The notes beneath the pieces were generated by a model. That model ran no database searches and was not told the DNA's origin. It saw only the letters and a program-made list of their open reading frames with translations. Below, one piece after another: positions 1-10,362 of a stretch of 64,000 nt of DNA. The stretch is from Sedimentisphaerales bacterium (GTDB taxonomy: Bacteria > Planctomycetota > Phycisphaerae > Sedimentisphaerales > SM23-30), in contig CAXXFK010000020.1 of assembly GCA_963663965.2 (NCBI GenBank), forward strand, positions 224,001-288,000, in the 5' to 3' direction. How positions within the stretch are numbered: position 1 is the stretch's first letter; each line of letters begins with the position of its first letter. The translations under genes were made by a program, and so were the position numbers.

Positions 1-1
1 G

Positions 2-541
2 GATTGGGATGAATCGCTTGTCGGTGAAAACCTCGATCTGGCGGACTTTACTATCTCGGTGGAAGACATGGTCTGGGTGGACGGTGAGGGCTACCAATCC
101 AACAGCCCCGGAAAGTTACAAATTATTCTGGGCAATTATCGTGTTCTCACCAACAAAAAACATCTTCATAGTAAATTTAAAATCACCCAGGGTACCGAAC
201 CCATCAAAGACATTAAAAGCATTCTAGTCGAAGCGATCTGGGCCGGAGATGGCACCGGCGATGAATGGGAAAAGGGCGGTGTTTTGGGATCGATTAACTA
301 TGATTGGTCCTATGAAGGCCCCGTAGGCGGACCGTTCATCCTGGAGATAGATGGCTGGGTTAATCCTCAGCCCTGGAAGGTTAGAATCACCGTGGAAACC
401 ATCGGGGGTGGCGTCGGCCCGACCATCAAAGAAATCTGGTGTGGCGAAAAGTGTTCACCCGTCCCGGCTCCCGGCGCTCTCGCCCTGGCCGCCATCGGTC
501 TGAGCCTGATCCACCGTCGCCGATTGAACGACCGAACGTAA
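2..541 (+). CDS. PEP-CTERM-type surface-sorted protein (5'-truncated by window edge)
   Basis: Frame is open from position 2 (DWDESLVGENLDL...). The C-terminus VPAPGALALAAIGLSLIHRRR is a PEP-CTERM-like motif followed by a TM helix and a basic tail. Confidence 0.75.
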   Translation, partial: DWDESLVGENLDLADFTISVEDMVWVDGEGYQSNSPGKLQIILGNYRVLTNKKHLHSKFKITQGTEPIKDIKSILVEAIWAGDGTGDEWEKGGVLGSINYDWSYEGPVGGPFILEIDGWVNPQPWKVRITVETIGGGVGPTIKEIWCGEKCSPVPAPGALALAAIGLSLIHRRRLNDRT

Positions 542-550
542 TCAGCCCAG

Positions 551-1507
551 TCAGTTGCTCTGATAAATCGACTTGCGATCCCGCCTGCGAGCCAGTTCAC
601 TGGTATAGTGTAAGCCAAGTGTCGCCGACCGTTCAGCAGCCCAGTCGGTCAGCTGTGTTTTGCCCGTCGGCGGCGAATCAGCATACAACAGATTGGCCAT
701 CAGGCCCGCGATCTCTTCTTTGGTCACCATAACATCCCCCACCAGCTTACCAATCACCCAGCCGGCCGCGTAACCAACCCACGGCGGTACGGAAACAACC
801 GGCCGTTTTTTGCCTATGATCTCGCCCACCGCCTCAACCAGTCCCCGGTAAGTAAACGTCTCCGGCCCGATCGCGTTAATAATCCGATTCTCCCGCGATT
901 TCCCCTGCTCCACCGCCAGTTCCGCCAGATCATCCACATAAATCGGCTGGATTTTGTAATCGCCATCTCCAAACACCCCAAACACCGGCAGATGTCGCAA
1001 CGCCCACGCGATATTGTTCACCAGGATATCCTCCTTACCGAACAACACCGTCGGCCGCAGAATGGCATACGACAGCCCGCTTTCAACCAGCGCCCGTTCC
1101 AGTCGCGCCTTACCGCTGAAATATTCCAGCGGGGAATCTTCCGATGGATTGGTAATACTCACATGCACAATCCGCTCCACCCCGGCCGCACGGGCCGCCT
1201 CGAACAACACCAGCGTATTCCGCACCGCGTCGGCATGGGTAAACAGCCGGTGATTGAACCGGACCCAGTAGGTATTATAAAGCACTTCAACTCCCCGCAG
1301 GACCTCTGTCAGCAACTCCGGCCGGTCAAAATGAAACGGAACCGCGCGTAACCGCTCACCAAATGGATTCCCCCGCCCGCCCGAATTAGTCAGCGTCATA
1401 ACCGTCTTGCCCTCCGCCAACAACCGCCCGGCAATATACTTTCCCGAATACCCGAACGCCCCCGTCACCGCATGATACACTTTTTCTTTCGTGGCTGGTT
1501 GATTCAC
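551..1507 (-). CDS. NAD-dependent epimerase/dehydratase (atypical SDR, NDUFA9-like)
   Basis: N-terminal VTGAFGYSG Rossmann motif, YFSGK (YxxxK), ILRPTVLFG, QPIYVDDLA. Confidence 0.85.
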   Translation of the reverse strand: MNQPATKEKVYHAVTGAFGYSGKYIAGRLLAEGKTVMTLTNSGGRGNPFGERLRAVPFHFDRPELLTEVLRGVEVLYNTYWVRFNHRLFTHADAVRNTLVLFEAARAAGVERIVHVSITNPSEDSPLEYFSGKARLERALVESGLSYAILRPTVLFGKEDILVNNIAWALRHLPVFGVFGDGDYKIQPIYVDDLAELAVEQGKSRENRIINAIGPETFTYRGLVEAVGEIIGKKRPVVSVPPWVGYAAGWVIGKLVGDVMVTKEEIAGLMANLLYADSPPTGKTQLTDWAAERSATLGLHYTSELARRRDRKSIYQSN

Positions 1508-1566
1508 ACATTCACTCCATTATCAGTTCAACATTGAATGGACTGTTTTTTTACTACCTCACAAAT

Positions 1567-3537
1567 TCACGGTTCAATCACATAACTATCCTCATCAAAA
1601 TTAACCCGCACCTTCGTTCCATCGGCAAACACGGTCTCCTGAATTCGGTAGTTTTCATCCAGGTAGCGGTGATCCACCATCTCAACCAGCGCCAGTTTCC
1701 GGTTCAGCTCGCACATCACCCGCACCTGTTTCAACTCCTCATCCGAGGGCGTAATCGACAAATAAGGCAGCCCGCCATGCGCCAGACCATGCAGGTATCC
1801 CCAATCCTTTTCCGGAATCCCCCACGCCCCTTTTCCCAGTGACCACGGTACTAAAAGGGCGTCATGATAGACCAGGCTGAACAGCGGGATCGGAATCCCC
1901 ATCGCCGGTCCTCGCCCGGGGTTGGGATCCAGCGCGAATGGACCATGATGTACCAGATCCAGATGCGGTATCGCCCAGTCTGCCGGCTCTTCGGAACTGA
2001 CCACCCCCACATTGGTACGGATAAAATCAAAACAATCGCCCCGGTTTTCCAGACACCGGCTCCGGGTCACTGGATGCTCTGGATGATAACATTCATCCGG
2101 AGGCACTACCGCAAACACATCCAGATAGGCGCCTTTCACATCAACCCCATGTTGTTTCAACTGCTCGTAATTTTTCCTTACATGCCCCGGCGCCAGGCTG
2201 GAACACAATATCGTCTGCTTGCCGCCATACCAGGTGCTGCCATACCATCGGGTTCCGTTTTCCGCCAGCGCCGCATGTTGTTCATTATATGATCTGGCAT
2301 CCAGATAATAATCCCGATATTGATCATGCAGGGCAAACAGGAAATTCAATTCCTGACAGGTTTGGGCCAGCTGTCCGATCCCCTCCCAGCCACCCGCTTC
2401 CGGAGAGGGCGGCAAAATATCAGGATGCAGATTGTCATACCCGCAAAATCCCCAGCCATCCAGATGGACATAGGCTTGCGTCACGCCTCTTGCGGCCAGT
2501 TGCCGCAATTGTTCGGCCCGCCGGTCAAAGCGCGTATAATAATGGTTCTTCTCCGGATGCTCCTTGTCGTAATAGCTGGACTCCGGCTGAATATTCACCA
2601 GAATACCGGTGTGGATCACCGGAGATCCGATCAGCCGTTCCACCAGCGGATTGCGGGCGATCTTCTCGCGCAGACTGACAAAATGCCCATTGTCAATAAC
2701 ATACTGTCGATAACGCCTGGCCAGGGTCACATAGTTCCCCTTGGTAAAAAAGCACAACCGCGCCCGCCTCGGATAACTGAGTTTTCCCAGCGAATGCACC
2801 CAGCGCGCGCCCAGTCGGGTCGGCCCCCCGGCCGGATGCGAAAAATGACATCCGCCATCAACCGGTGTCTCCAGAATAACCATCGCGGCGGCTGCGCCAT
2901 TTTGATAACCCCACCACGGCATATAAAGCCCCCGGCCATAAGACAGGGTATCATAAAGCCAGACCCGTCTGGGCCACTCCTTCGGCAGCAGCATCCCCTG
3001 CATGAATGGCACAACGGTAAAATCAAAACTGTTGGCTGCCAACGGACCCGGCCACTGACAGTCCTTCACCGAAACTACCGCCTCCTCGGCCACCAGTTCA
3101 CAAATCAGCTCTTCCTCAACCCCTTGCAGACCAATGACCAGGGTAATCGCCAGTTCCAGGGATTTAGTCTCATAAGTGTATTGACTCAAGTGGATCTTTA
3201 TTCCCGTCAGGTATCCCGTTTCATAAGGAGTGACCGTTACTGTCTCAGCCTCATTCAGCCCCAACGCAATCCTCTGTCCGACTCTTTCCACAATCAGGTC
3301 CCCTTGGCTCGATCCTTCCCAGTTCCAGACCACCGCGCCATCCTTCACCTGAATAGCCAACGTATCCTTATCAACGCTCACCGTCAGCCGCTTGCCCGCA
3401 ATATCCCATCGCCCCCCTTCCTGTCGCACTACCACCTCGGGATTCCCCCAGTCCGTCTGCACTCCATTCTCAGCATAAACCCAGCCGCAAAAACCAAGCC
3501 CCGCTAACAGAAACCAGAAATATCGAGTCATCATCAA
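1567..3537 (-). CDS. Secreted glycoside hydrolase, GH129/DUF5696-like (alpha-N-acetylgalactosaminidase-like)
   Basis: Signal peptide. Motifs HLDGWG..GYDNLHPD..PP...AGGWEG, LHDQYRDYY, GAYLDVF...PPDEC..PEH and SSEE. Confidence 0.7.
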   Translation of the reverse strand: MMMTRYFWFLLAGLGFCGWVYAENGVQTDWGNPEVVVRQEGGRWDIAGKRLTVSVDKDTLAIQVKDGAVVWNWEGSSQGDLIVERVGQRIALGLNEAETVTVTPYETGYLTGIKIHLSQYTYETKSLELAITLVIGLQGVEEELICELVAEEAVVSVKDCQWPGPLAANSFDFTVVPFMQGMLLPKEWPRRVWLYDTLSYGRGLYMPWWGYQNGAAAAMVILETPVDGGCHFSHPAGGPTRLGARWVHSLGKLSYPRRARLCFFTKGNYVTLARRYRQYVIDNGHFVSLREKIARNPLVERLIGSPVIHTGILVNIQPESSYYDKEHPEKNHYYTRFDRRAEQLRQLAARGVTQAYVHLDGWGFCGYDNLHPDILPPSPEAGGWEGIGQLAQTCQELNFLFALHDQYRDYYLDARSYNEQHAALAENGTRWYGSTWYGGKQTILCSSLAPGHVRKNYEQLKQHGVDVKGAYLDVFAVVPPDECYHPEHPVTRSRCLENRGDCFDFIRTNVGVVSSEEPADWAIPHLDLVHHGPFALDPNPGRGPAMGIPIPLFSLVYHDALLVPWSLGKGAWGIPEKDWGYLHGLAHGGLPYLSITPSDEELKQVRVMCELNRKLALVEMVDHRYLDENYRIQETVFADGTKVRVNFDEDSYVIEP

Positions 3538-3946
3538 ACCATCTACCTCAGCTTATATCAATAGTTCGGTAACAAAATCCCCCTTTTCTCAGCATTTCTT
3601 TATAATACACATTTATAATACGCAGGGATATTTATTTTGTTGACAAGCAGCATTATGGCTATAAGTCTATAATATATAAATCTTTACAACCAATACTATC
3701 TGATCCGCATCCCAGCAAATAGCAATTATACCGAACCGCTTCCCGCCTCTTCTCAAGATCCCATGGTTTTTACTATACCAGATTCGAAACTTGTTATCAG
3801 GTTCATTTAATGCTGTACATTGGACAGGCTTGATCCTGAACGATTCTAACCTTGTTTCAATTGGAATAGTCTGGTCTGAATTATCGTTACAATAGTAATT
3901 GACCTTGATCCCATTACCATGACCACTCAATAATGGAGTATATCCT

Positions 3947-6205
3947 ATGCCCTTGAAAACACTGGAATTGGCGAAACGGTCCGGCGTTATCTTCTTTATC
4001 CTCACTACGGCCGCCTTGGGCCGCCCACAGGCCGCCGGCGCGAACGAATCCATCTCATTGGAAGAAACCGCCCGGCGCGCGGCCCAGGTCACGCCCACGC
4101 CCCGTCAGATGGCCTGGCATGAAGATGAGTTCATCGCCTTCGTCCATTTCGGCGTCAACACCTTTTCCGGCCGCGAATGGGGGACCGGATTCGAAGATCC
4201 GGCCGGCTTCAATCCAACCCAACTCGACACCGACCAGTGGTGCCGGGCCATGCAGGCCGCCGGAATGAAAAAGGTCATCCTGACCGTCAAGCACCACGAT
4301 GGCTTCTGCCTCTGGCAAACCCGTTACACCAACCATTCGGTGGCCTCATCACCCTGGCGCAACGGTCATGGCGATGTTCTGCGGGATCTGGCAGCTTCCT
4401 GCCTGAAATTTAACCTGAAACTGGGTGTTTATCTCTCCCCTGCCGATCTGTACCAGATCGAAAATGCCGGCGGATTGTATGGCAATCTCAGCGCCTATAC
4501 CGAACGCACCATTCCGCGCCCGGTCCCCGGCCGGCCCTTCAAGGACACTCGCACCTTCCGCTTCAAGGTCGATGACTATAACGAATATTTTCTTAATCAG
4601 CTGTTCGAACTGCTCACCGAATACGGCCCGGTCCACGAAGTCTGGTTCGACGGCGCCCATCCCAAACGTAAGGGCGGCCAGACCTATACCTATCAGCAGT
4701 GGTACACACTCATTCACGAATTGGCGCCCATGGCCGTCATTTTCGGTAAAGGACCCGACGTCCGCTGGTGCGGCAACGAAGGGGGTGGAACCCGGGCCAG
4801 TGAATGGAATGTGATTCCACTGCCGACATCGGCCAGCCAGTTCGACTGGCCCGATATGACCGCCAACGATCTGGCCTCATTGCCCAAATTACAGCAGGCC
4901 CTCAACCAGGGCGGCGCTCTCCACTATTACCCCGCCGAAACCAACACCTCCATCCGTCAGGGCTGGTTCTGGCGCGATGAGCAGCAGCCGGTCAAATCGA
5001 CCGGCGAGATCCTCGATATCTGGTACCGTTCGGTCGGCGGCAATTCCGTCTTCCTCTTGAATATCCCGCCCAACCGGGATGGGCTCTTTCCCCAGCGGGA
5101 TGTCCAGGTACTCCGGGAAGTCGGCCGCATGATACAAACGACCTTCGCGGTCAATCTGGCCGAAGGCGCGACGGCTTCCGCCTCACAGGTTCGCTCCGGC
5201 CAGTTCGCCGCCCGCTACGCGCTCGATGGCAACACCGCCACCTGCTGGATGCCCAATGACGGCACAACCACAGCCGAACTGCTAATCCAGCTCCCCCAGC
5301 CGGCACGCTTCAATCGTGTCATGATCCAGGAACAGATTCGCGATTACTCCCAGCGGATCGCCCGTTTCGCGATCGACGCCGAAGTTCAGGGCGCCTGGCA
5401 ACCCATCGCCGAAGGCACCACGGTTGGCTACAAGAAAATCTGCCGCACTTCAACCCTCTCAACCGACAAACTGCGCGTCCGAATTCTGGACGCCCGTGTC
5501 TGCCCCACAATCAGCAACTTCGGCCTCTATTTCGAACCGGTCCCGGTTACCGTTCCCGACATCCGCCGCGACCGTCTGGGTAATGTTACGCTCAGTTGCA
5601 ATCCGCCCGGCCCGGCCATCCACTACACACTCGACGGCAGCGAACCCACAATCGATTCGCCCGGCTACCAACACCCGATCCCCCTGCCCGGCGGCGGCAC
5701 AATCAAAGCCCGCGCCTTCCAGGGCGATTCACCGCAATCCAGCGGTATCGCCACGGCCCGATTCGACCTTTGCCCGGCCAGATGGCACATCGTCAGCGCC
5801 TCCAGCGAACAGGCTCCCGACGAACCCAAAGAAGCCGCTATCGACGGCAATCCCGATACCATCTGGCATACGCGCTGGAATCCCGATACTCCATCACACC
5901 CGCATGAGATCGTAATCGACCTGGGCGAATCTATCACCCTGCAAGGATTCAGTTACACCCCGCGCCGCGGCACCCTCAACGGCACCATCAAAACCTACGC
6001 CTTCTATATCAGCCCAAACGCCACCGATTGGGGCCAGCCGGTCATCCAGGGCGAATTCAGTAATATTCGCAACAATCCCATCCAGCAAATCATCTATTTC
6101 CCCGCCCCACAAACCGCCCGCTTCATAAAACTTGTCGCACTCAGCGAAGTCAACAACAATCCCTGGGCCTCCGCCGCCGAAATCGGAGTTATTACCATCA
6201 AATAA
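3947..6205 (+). CDS. Alpha-L-fucosidase (GH29) with F5/8 type C (CBM32-like) and Fn3-like domains
   Basis: FVHFGVNTF..REWG, LTVKHHDGFCLW, EVWFDGA, DVRWCGNEGG, SIRQGWFW, FLLNIPP. Two discoidin-like domains (A.DGN..T.W) and a HYTLDGSEP domain. Confidence 0.92.
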   Translation: MPLKTLELAKRSGVIFFILTTAALGRPQAAGANESISLEETARRAAQVTPTPRQMAWHEDEFIAFVHFGVNTFSGREWGTGFEDPAGFNPTQLDTDQWCRAMQAAGMKKVILTVKHHDGFCLWQTRYTNHSVASSPWRNGHGDVLRDLAASCLKFNLKLGVYLSPADLYQIENAGGLYGNLSAYTERTIPRPVPGRPFKDTRTFRFKVDDYNEYFLNQLFELLTEYGPVHEVWFDGAHPKRKGGQTYTYQQWYTLIHELAPMAVIFGKGPDVRWCGNEGGGTRASEWNVIPLPTSASQFDWPDMTANDLASLPKLQQALNQGGALHYYPAETNTSIRQGWFWRDEQQPVKSTGEILDIWYRSVGGNSVFLLNIPPNRDGLFPQRDVQVLREVGRMIQTTFAVNLAEGATASASQVRSGQFAARYALDGNTATCWMPNDGTTTAELLIQLPQPARFNRVMIQEQIRDYSQRIARFAIDAEVQGAWQPIAEGTTVGYKKICRTSTLSTDKLRVRILDARVCPTISNFGLYFEPVPVTVPDIRRDRLGNVTLSCNPPGPAIHYTLDGSEPTIDSPGYQHPIPLPGGGTIKARAFQGDSPQSSGIATARFDLCPARWHIVSASSEQAPDEPKEAAIDGNPDTIWHTRWNPDTPSHPHEIVIDLGESITLQGFSYTPRRGTLNGTIKTYAFYISPNATDWGQPVIQGEFSNIRNNPIQQIIYFPAPQTARFIKLVALSEVNNNPWASAAEIGVITIK

Positions 6206-6340
6206 AATATTTACCCCCATAAAATAGCCGGGATATTAATCAGAAAGCCAGGGCCAACGGCAAGCACCCCAACCAACGTGCGACTGGCAACCTGCCCGTG
6301 ATTCTTTCCACCACTCTCAATATAACCAGAAATTTAATAG

Positions 6341-6363
6341 AAATAGTCAATTTTTGACTATTT
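6341..6363. promoter_or_regulatory. Inverted repeat 1, putative AbiEi operator
   Basis: AAATAGTCAA-TTT-TTGACTATTT, perfect 10-bp arms (23 bp total), just upstream of abiEi. Confidence 0.6.
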
Positions 6364-6410
6364 ATATGATTTATTCTTGATTTTGTCCCCGCAAAACCCT
6401 ATATATACAA

Positions 6411-6439
6411 TAGAAGCTGTCATAATATGACTACTTCTA
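6411..6439. promoter_or_regulatory. Inverted repeat 2, putative AbiEi operator
   Basis: TAGAAG-CT-GTCATA-A-TATGAC-TA-CTTCTA. Shares the GTCA-N5-TGAC core with IR1 and lies just downstream of a candidate -10 (TACAAT). Confidence 0.55.
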
Positions 6440-7086
6440 ATATTTTTCATATGAACAAACTGACAGAACACTTTTTTAAGGCCTCTATTGGGGTTTTCAC
6501 CCAATTCGAAGTCGCCATGACTATCGACGGCTCAGATTTCAGCCGCCACGGTTTAGTCAAACGGGCGCTGGCAGCCGGCGAAATCATTAATATTCGTCGC
6601 GGGCTCTATTGTCTGGCGCAGGAATTTCAAAAGAAACCCATCAGTACTTACAGCCTGGCCCAGCGAATTTATGGCCCCAGCTATCTCAGTCTCGAAACGG
6701 CTTTAAGTCACCACGGCTGGATTCCAGAAGCCGTCTATACCCATACCAGTGTCAGTTACCGCAACTCCAGGGATTTCGAAACACCATTTGGCATCTTCAG
6801 CTACCAGCGCGTTCCGCAACTGAGCTTCTTTACCGGCGTCGAACGGCGCACCGATGACAATGGGAACATCTTCTTCATGGCAACCCCGGCCAAAGCCCTG
6901 GCGGATTATGTCTACCTGCTTCGATTGAACTGGACCACGATTGATGAAGTCAGGGCCAGCCTGAGAATTGAACTGGAAGACCTGATGTCTGTTACACACT
7001 CAGAATTAAACGAACTGACGACCAATTATTCCAACAGCCGGGTTAAACGATTTTTGCGCGGCTGGCAGGAGGCGAGGTTATCATGA
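6427..7086 (+). CDS. abiEi: Type IV TA antitoxin, AbiEi family transcriptional regulator (start may be ATG 6451)
   Basis: wHTH-like IRRGLY, PSYLSLETALSHHGWIPE, ATPAKALADY. Stop overlaps the next start (ATGA). Confidence 0.85.
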   Translation: MTTSNIFHMNKLTEHFFKASIGVFTQFEVAMTIDGSDFSRHGLVKRALAAGEIINIRRGLYCLAQEFQKKPISTYSLAQRIYGPSYLSLETALSHHGWIPEAVYTHTSVSYRNSRDFETPFGIFSYQRVPQLSFFTGVERRTDDNGNIFFMATPAKALADYVYLLRLNWTTIDEVRASLRIELEDLMSVTHSELNELTTNYSNSRVKRFLRGWQEARLS

Positions 7087-7937
7087 GTATCCAGATCATT
7101 CAGCAACGCCTGATGAACTATCACTGCAAGACTGACCTCGAAGAACAACAGGCTATTCGTGAGATCACGCAAGAGGTGGTACTGGCGGCATTGGGCCGCG
7201 GCTCCTTCTTTAAACACGCCCTCTTTCAAGGCGGGACATGCCTGCGTATTTTTTACGGCCTCAACCGATTCTCTGAGGACCTGGATTTTATTCTTCAGCA
7301 GCCGGACCCGGATTTTCAGATGAAAGATCATATCGGCCTGTTGTCCGATGAACTGGCGGCCTGGGGCTACCGCCTGGAAATAACCGACCGTAGCAAAGCG
7401 GATACTACCGTCAGAAAAGCCTTTCTAAAAGACCATTCGCTGGGCAAAGTACTCAACCTGCAACACCGAAACCAGACCGGTCCCCCGGCCAAAATTCGGA
7501 TCAAACTGGAAGTCGATACCAACCCGCCGGCCGGAAGCGGACATGAACTGCAATACCTGGATTTCCCCTTCGTCTCTGCCGTAAGCGTCCAGGACAAACC
7601 CAGCCTCTTCGCCGGTAAAATCCACGCCCTGCTTTGCCGAGAATATATCAAAGGCCGCGACTGGTACGATTTTATCTGGTACACCAGCCGCCTCACTCCC
7701 ATCAATTACCCGTTTCTCACCGCCGCCCTTAACCAGGCCGGCCCGTGGCAAAATCAGAACATCACCGCCAATAAACAGTGGGTACTCCATGAATTGAAAA
7801 ACAAAATCGTATCCATCCCCTGGCAACAAGCCGCCCGCGAAGTCCAGCGCTTCGTTCGCGCCCACGAACAACCCTCACTTGACCTATGGAGCAAAGAACT
7901 GTTCCTCAATCAACTGAAAAAATTAGAAACCGTATGA
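7083..7937 (+). CDS. abiEii: Type IV TA toxin, AbiEii/AbiGii nucleotidyltransferase
   Basis: FQGGTCLRIFYGLNRFSEDLDF, IKLEVD, KIHALL.R...KGRDWYDF. Confidence 0.92.
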   Translation: MSIQIIQQRLMNYHCKTDLEEQQAIREITQEVVLAALGRGSFFKHALFQGGTCLRIFYGLNRFSEDLDFILQQPDPDFQMKDHIGLLSDELAAWGYRLEITDRSKADTTVRKAFLKDHSLGKVLNLQHRNQTGPPAKIRIKLEVDTNPPAGSGHELQYLDFPFVSAVSVQDKPSLFAGKIHALLCREYIKGRDWYDFIWYTSRLTPINYPFLTAALNQAGPWQNQNITANKQWVLHELKNKIVSIPWQQAAREVQRFVRAHEQPSLDLWSKELFLNQLKKLETV

Positions 7938-8005
7938 ATAAGCGTCCATGTTAATTAATTCTACCGGACCCTAGAAGCATGCATGTTCAGCAACATATTT
8001 CTGGT

Positions 8006-8689
8006 TCATTTATCTTTCAATATCTTCAAATAGGCTTCCATAAAACTCCCCTTTTGGGGTTCGATCTCTTTTTCGTGGAAATATACTGTCACGTCTTTTA
8101 TGGCAACAACAATTTTAGTATTTTCCGGCATAGCCAGATAACGCACTAAGTTTAGATGCCCTAAAACGGCCTCATACAATGAAACTCTTATCAAATTGCC
8201 GGGATCATTATAATCGAGTTTAGTGTGCAAATTTCCAAAAAACCATCCTGAATCATTATCGTGAATATCAATTCGGTCCAATATAAACTCTTTGGCGTGC
8301 TGATAATCCGTTCCAATTAACGCACTATACCCTATGTCCGATATTGACATTTGATCTAACAAGCCATAACTTTTAATTGTATCTTTTTGGGCCCGTAGAA
8401 ACTTGATCGTATTTGTAAGGGTATCGCTCCATTCTATCGGCATAGAACACATATCAGGTTCATGAAGCGTTAAATATCCATCTCCATGATCCACCACCTT
8501 ACACAACATCATGCCAAATTGAACTATTTCATCGACATTAAAACCTTTCCCTGAAATTATGCTTCTTTCAAGAAAATTCAATATAGGCTTTATATCATTT
8601 TCGATCACACCATCCATATTAATTTTGAGTATAAAATCCTTATGATGATATTTTTTCGCAAAATTATTTGTAAAAACACTTCGATTCAC
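8006..8689 (-). CDS. Putative immunity protein (Imm33/DUF2185-like C-terminal domain)
   Basis: C-terminal R......DSGWFF...VSLYE......L.RYLAMP pattern. AT-rich and translationally coupled to the upstream gene. Confidence 0.55.
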   Translation of the reverse strand: MNRSVFTNNFAKKYHHKDFILKINMDGVIENDIKPILNFLERSIISGKGFNVDEIVQFGMMLCKVVDHGDGYLTLHEPDMCSMPIEWSDTLTNTIKFLRAQKDTIKSYGLLDQMSISDIGYSALIGTDYQHAKEFILDRIDIHDNDSGWFFGNLHTKLDYNDPGNLIRVSLYEAVLGHLNLVRYLAMPENTKIVVAIKDVTVYFHEKEIEPQKGSFMEAYLKILKDK

Positions 8690-9318
8690 TGCTGCCTCCT
8701 GATAATATCTTCAAATGCCTTCTTCATCGGTCTGATATGGATAGGGTTCGCCTGCTTGAGAATTTCTAGCCCACACTCAGCGAATGCTATTGCTTTTTCC
8801 TTGTAACCTATATGTTCATAAACTTGAGCAAGTAACAATGCCATCCCTTTTTTTGTCATATTAGGTAATATCGGTATTGAATCCTCTAACATGATAGATT
8901 CAGTCGTAATAGAATCAAATAATCCTGGAAATGATCTATAAGTCTCAAAAAAGGGAAATCCAATTTCTGATAACATTGCCTGAATAGAAACTATTTGTTT
9001 CTCAACAGGTCGTAGTGGCCACCAATAATCATTCATCCCATTAGGAGCAAGTCGTCTTCTAATTCGACAATCTGGTTCTTCAATACAATCAACCATCTTT
9101 ATACCTTCAACGGCAGACGCCAAGAAATCAAGATGTACCCCTAAATTAACACATACTGCTGCATTATCTGATCGTTTCTGTACCCAGATGCAATGTATAA
9201 AGGGCTTGTAGTATCTTTGATAATTATCAATAGTTCTTTTCACAAAACCACATGAGCTCAAAAATGGCACTAATTGGTTTTCGGCAAGCTTAGCAAATTC
9301 ATTCGTAAGTTGAGACAT
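8686..9318 (-). CDS. DUF4304-like protein, putative immunity protein (alternative TTG start at 9402)
   Basis: L.PFLSSCGF.KR....Y.R, W.QK.S.....VNLGV, C.IRRRL, DYWW pattern. Confidence 0.55.
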   Translation of the reverse strand: MSQLTNEFAKLAENQLVPFLSSCGFVKRTIDNYQRYYKPFIHCIWVQKRSDNAAVCVNLGVHLDFLASAVEGIKMVDCIEEPDCRIRRRLAPNGMNDYWWPLRPVEKQIVSIQAMLSEIGFPFFETYRSFPGLFDSITTESIMLEDSIPILPNMTKKGMALLLAQVYEHIGYKEKAIAFAECGLEILKQANPIHIRPMKKAFEDIIRRQQ

Positions 9319-9398
9319 AACCAATTCTTCCAGATAACGGACACCAAAATAAATATCAAATATGAGTTCAGACACTGATTCCTTTATCAAAATCCCAT

Positions 9399-9893
9399 TC
9401 AACGTATTTCAATAATTTCAATTTCCCTCTCATGCAGACCATCTCTCATCATATAGTCATAACACTGGCGACTTGTCTCTGCATAACTGTTGAAAAAACT
9501 ATGCACTTCACCTTCAATATCTTCCCCCTTTCTCCAGCGTTCATATAATACTGCCATATCTTCAATTGTCTTCCCTTTAAAATAACTGCCATCCATCGCA
9601 CTCCCGGCTAAAGTTACAAACTCTTCTAACGAAATTTTACCTTCGAGATATCTAAGATACCAAAAGCCTATTTCTAAATTGATCAAATCATATTCAATAT
9701 TTTCATAATGAATAAAGACTGATTGAGCAAAACTAATAACACCGTATTTATTTTTACTAAGTGATATATCAATAAGCCACATCTGAGGTTTTTCGGCTTT
9801 CATAATCAGCTTGTCCGCCCATGCAATAATTTCATGAAGATCCAGATAATATGAATCTACTACTGATGATACAATTATAGGTAATTGAAACAT
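9399..9893 (-). CDS. Hypothetical protein (immunity-like)
   Basis: 164-aa AT-rich ORF with a GAGG RBS. EIIAWADKLI......WLIDIS resembles helical immunity proteins. Confidence 0.6.
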   Translation of the reverse strand: MFQLPIIVSSVVDSYYLDLHEIIAWADKLIMKAEKPQMWLIDISLSKNKYGVISFAQSVFIHYENIEYDLINLEIGFWYLRYLEGKISLEEFVTLAGSAMDGSYFKGKTIEDMAVLYERWRKGEDIEGEVHSFFNSYAETSRQCYDYMMRDGLHEREIEIIEIR

Positions 9894-9916
9894 AACAGAT
9901 ACCTCTGTTTCTATTT

Positions 9917-10069
9917 TTACGGTCTTTTTAGATAACGTAATATGAAATTCTGATTAATCAGGGCCGGTCTAAATAAATTGACTTCATTGATATCATTTAT
10001 TATGACATCTGCTGAAACACTATTGGTTGATTGATTCTTTATAATGATTTGTATAATTTTTGAGTCCAT
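9917..10069 (-). CDS. Possible 50-aa ORF or gene remnant heading the AT-rich cassette
   Basis: ATG..TAA frame MDSKIIQIIIKNQSTNSVSADV...LRYLKRP, co-oriented and ending just upstream of the next gene's RBS. Absent from the ORF track (shorter than any ORF listed). Confidence 0.25.
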   Translation of the reverse strand: MDSKIIQIIIKNQSTNSVSADVIINDINEVNLFRPALINQNFILRYLKRP

Positions 10070-10362
10070 TTAATACAGTGTATTTCAGCTTAATATAAAA
10101 ACAAAGTTTTAAATGCCTATAAGCCCTATAGAATTTATAGAATTCATATTCACAATCGCATCACAACATATTATTTAACATAAAGTTAGCGACTTTTCAC
10201 TCCAACAAAAACAGCCCCTGATCAACCCCAGGCCGCCCAACGAATCCTATCAACCGTCAACCAATTCCAGTATCCTCCGCAATCCCCCCTTTACAACCGG
10301 CTGAAATGTCTTATGATGGAATCGTGTACATTGAACGATAAAGATGATCCGTTTCAGCCTGT

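Noticed and set aside
2320..3507. 395-aa plus-strand ORF
   Set aside because: Antisense shadow of the GH129-like gene with no recognisable motifs; expected from GC-biased codon usage.
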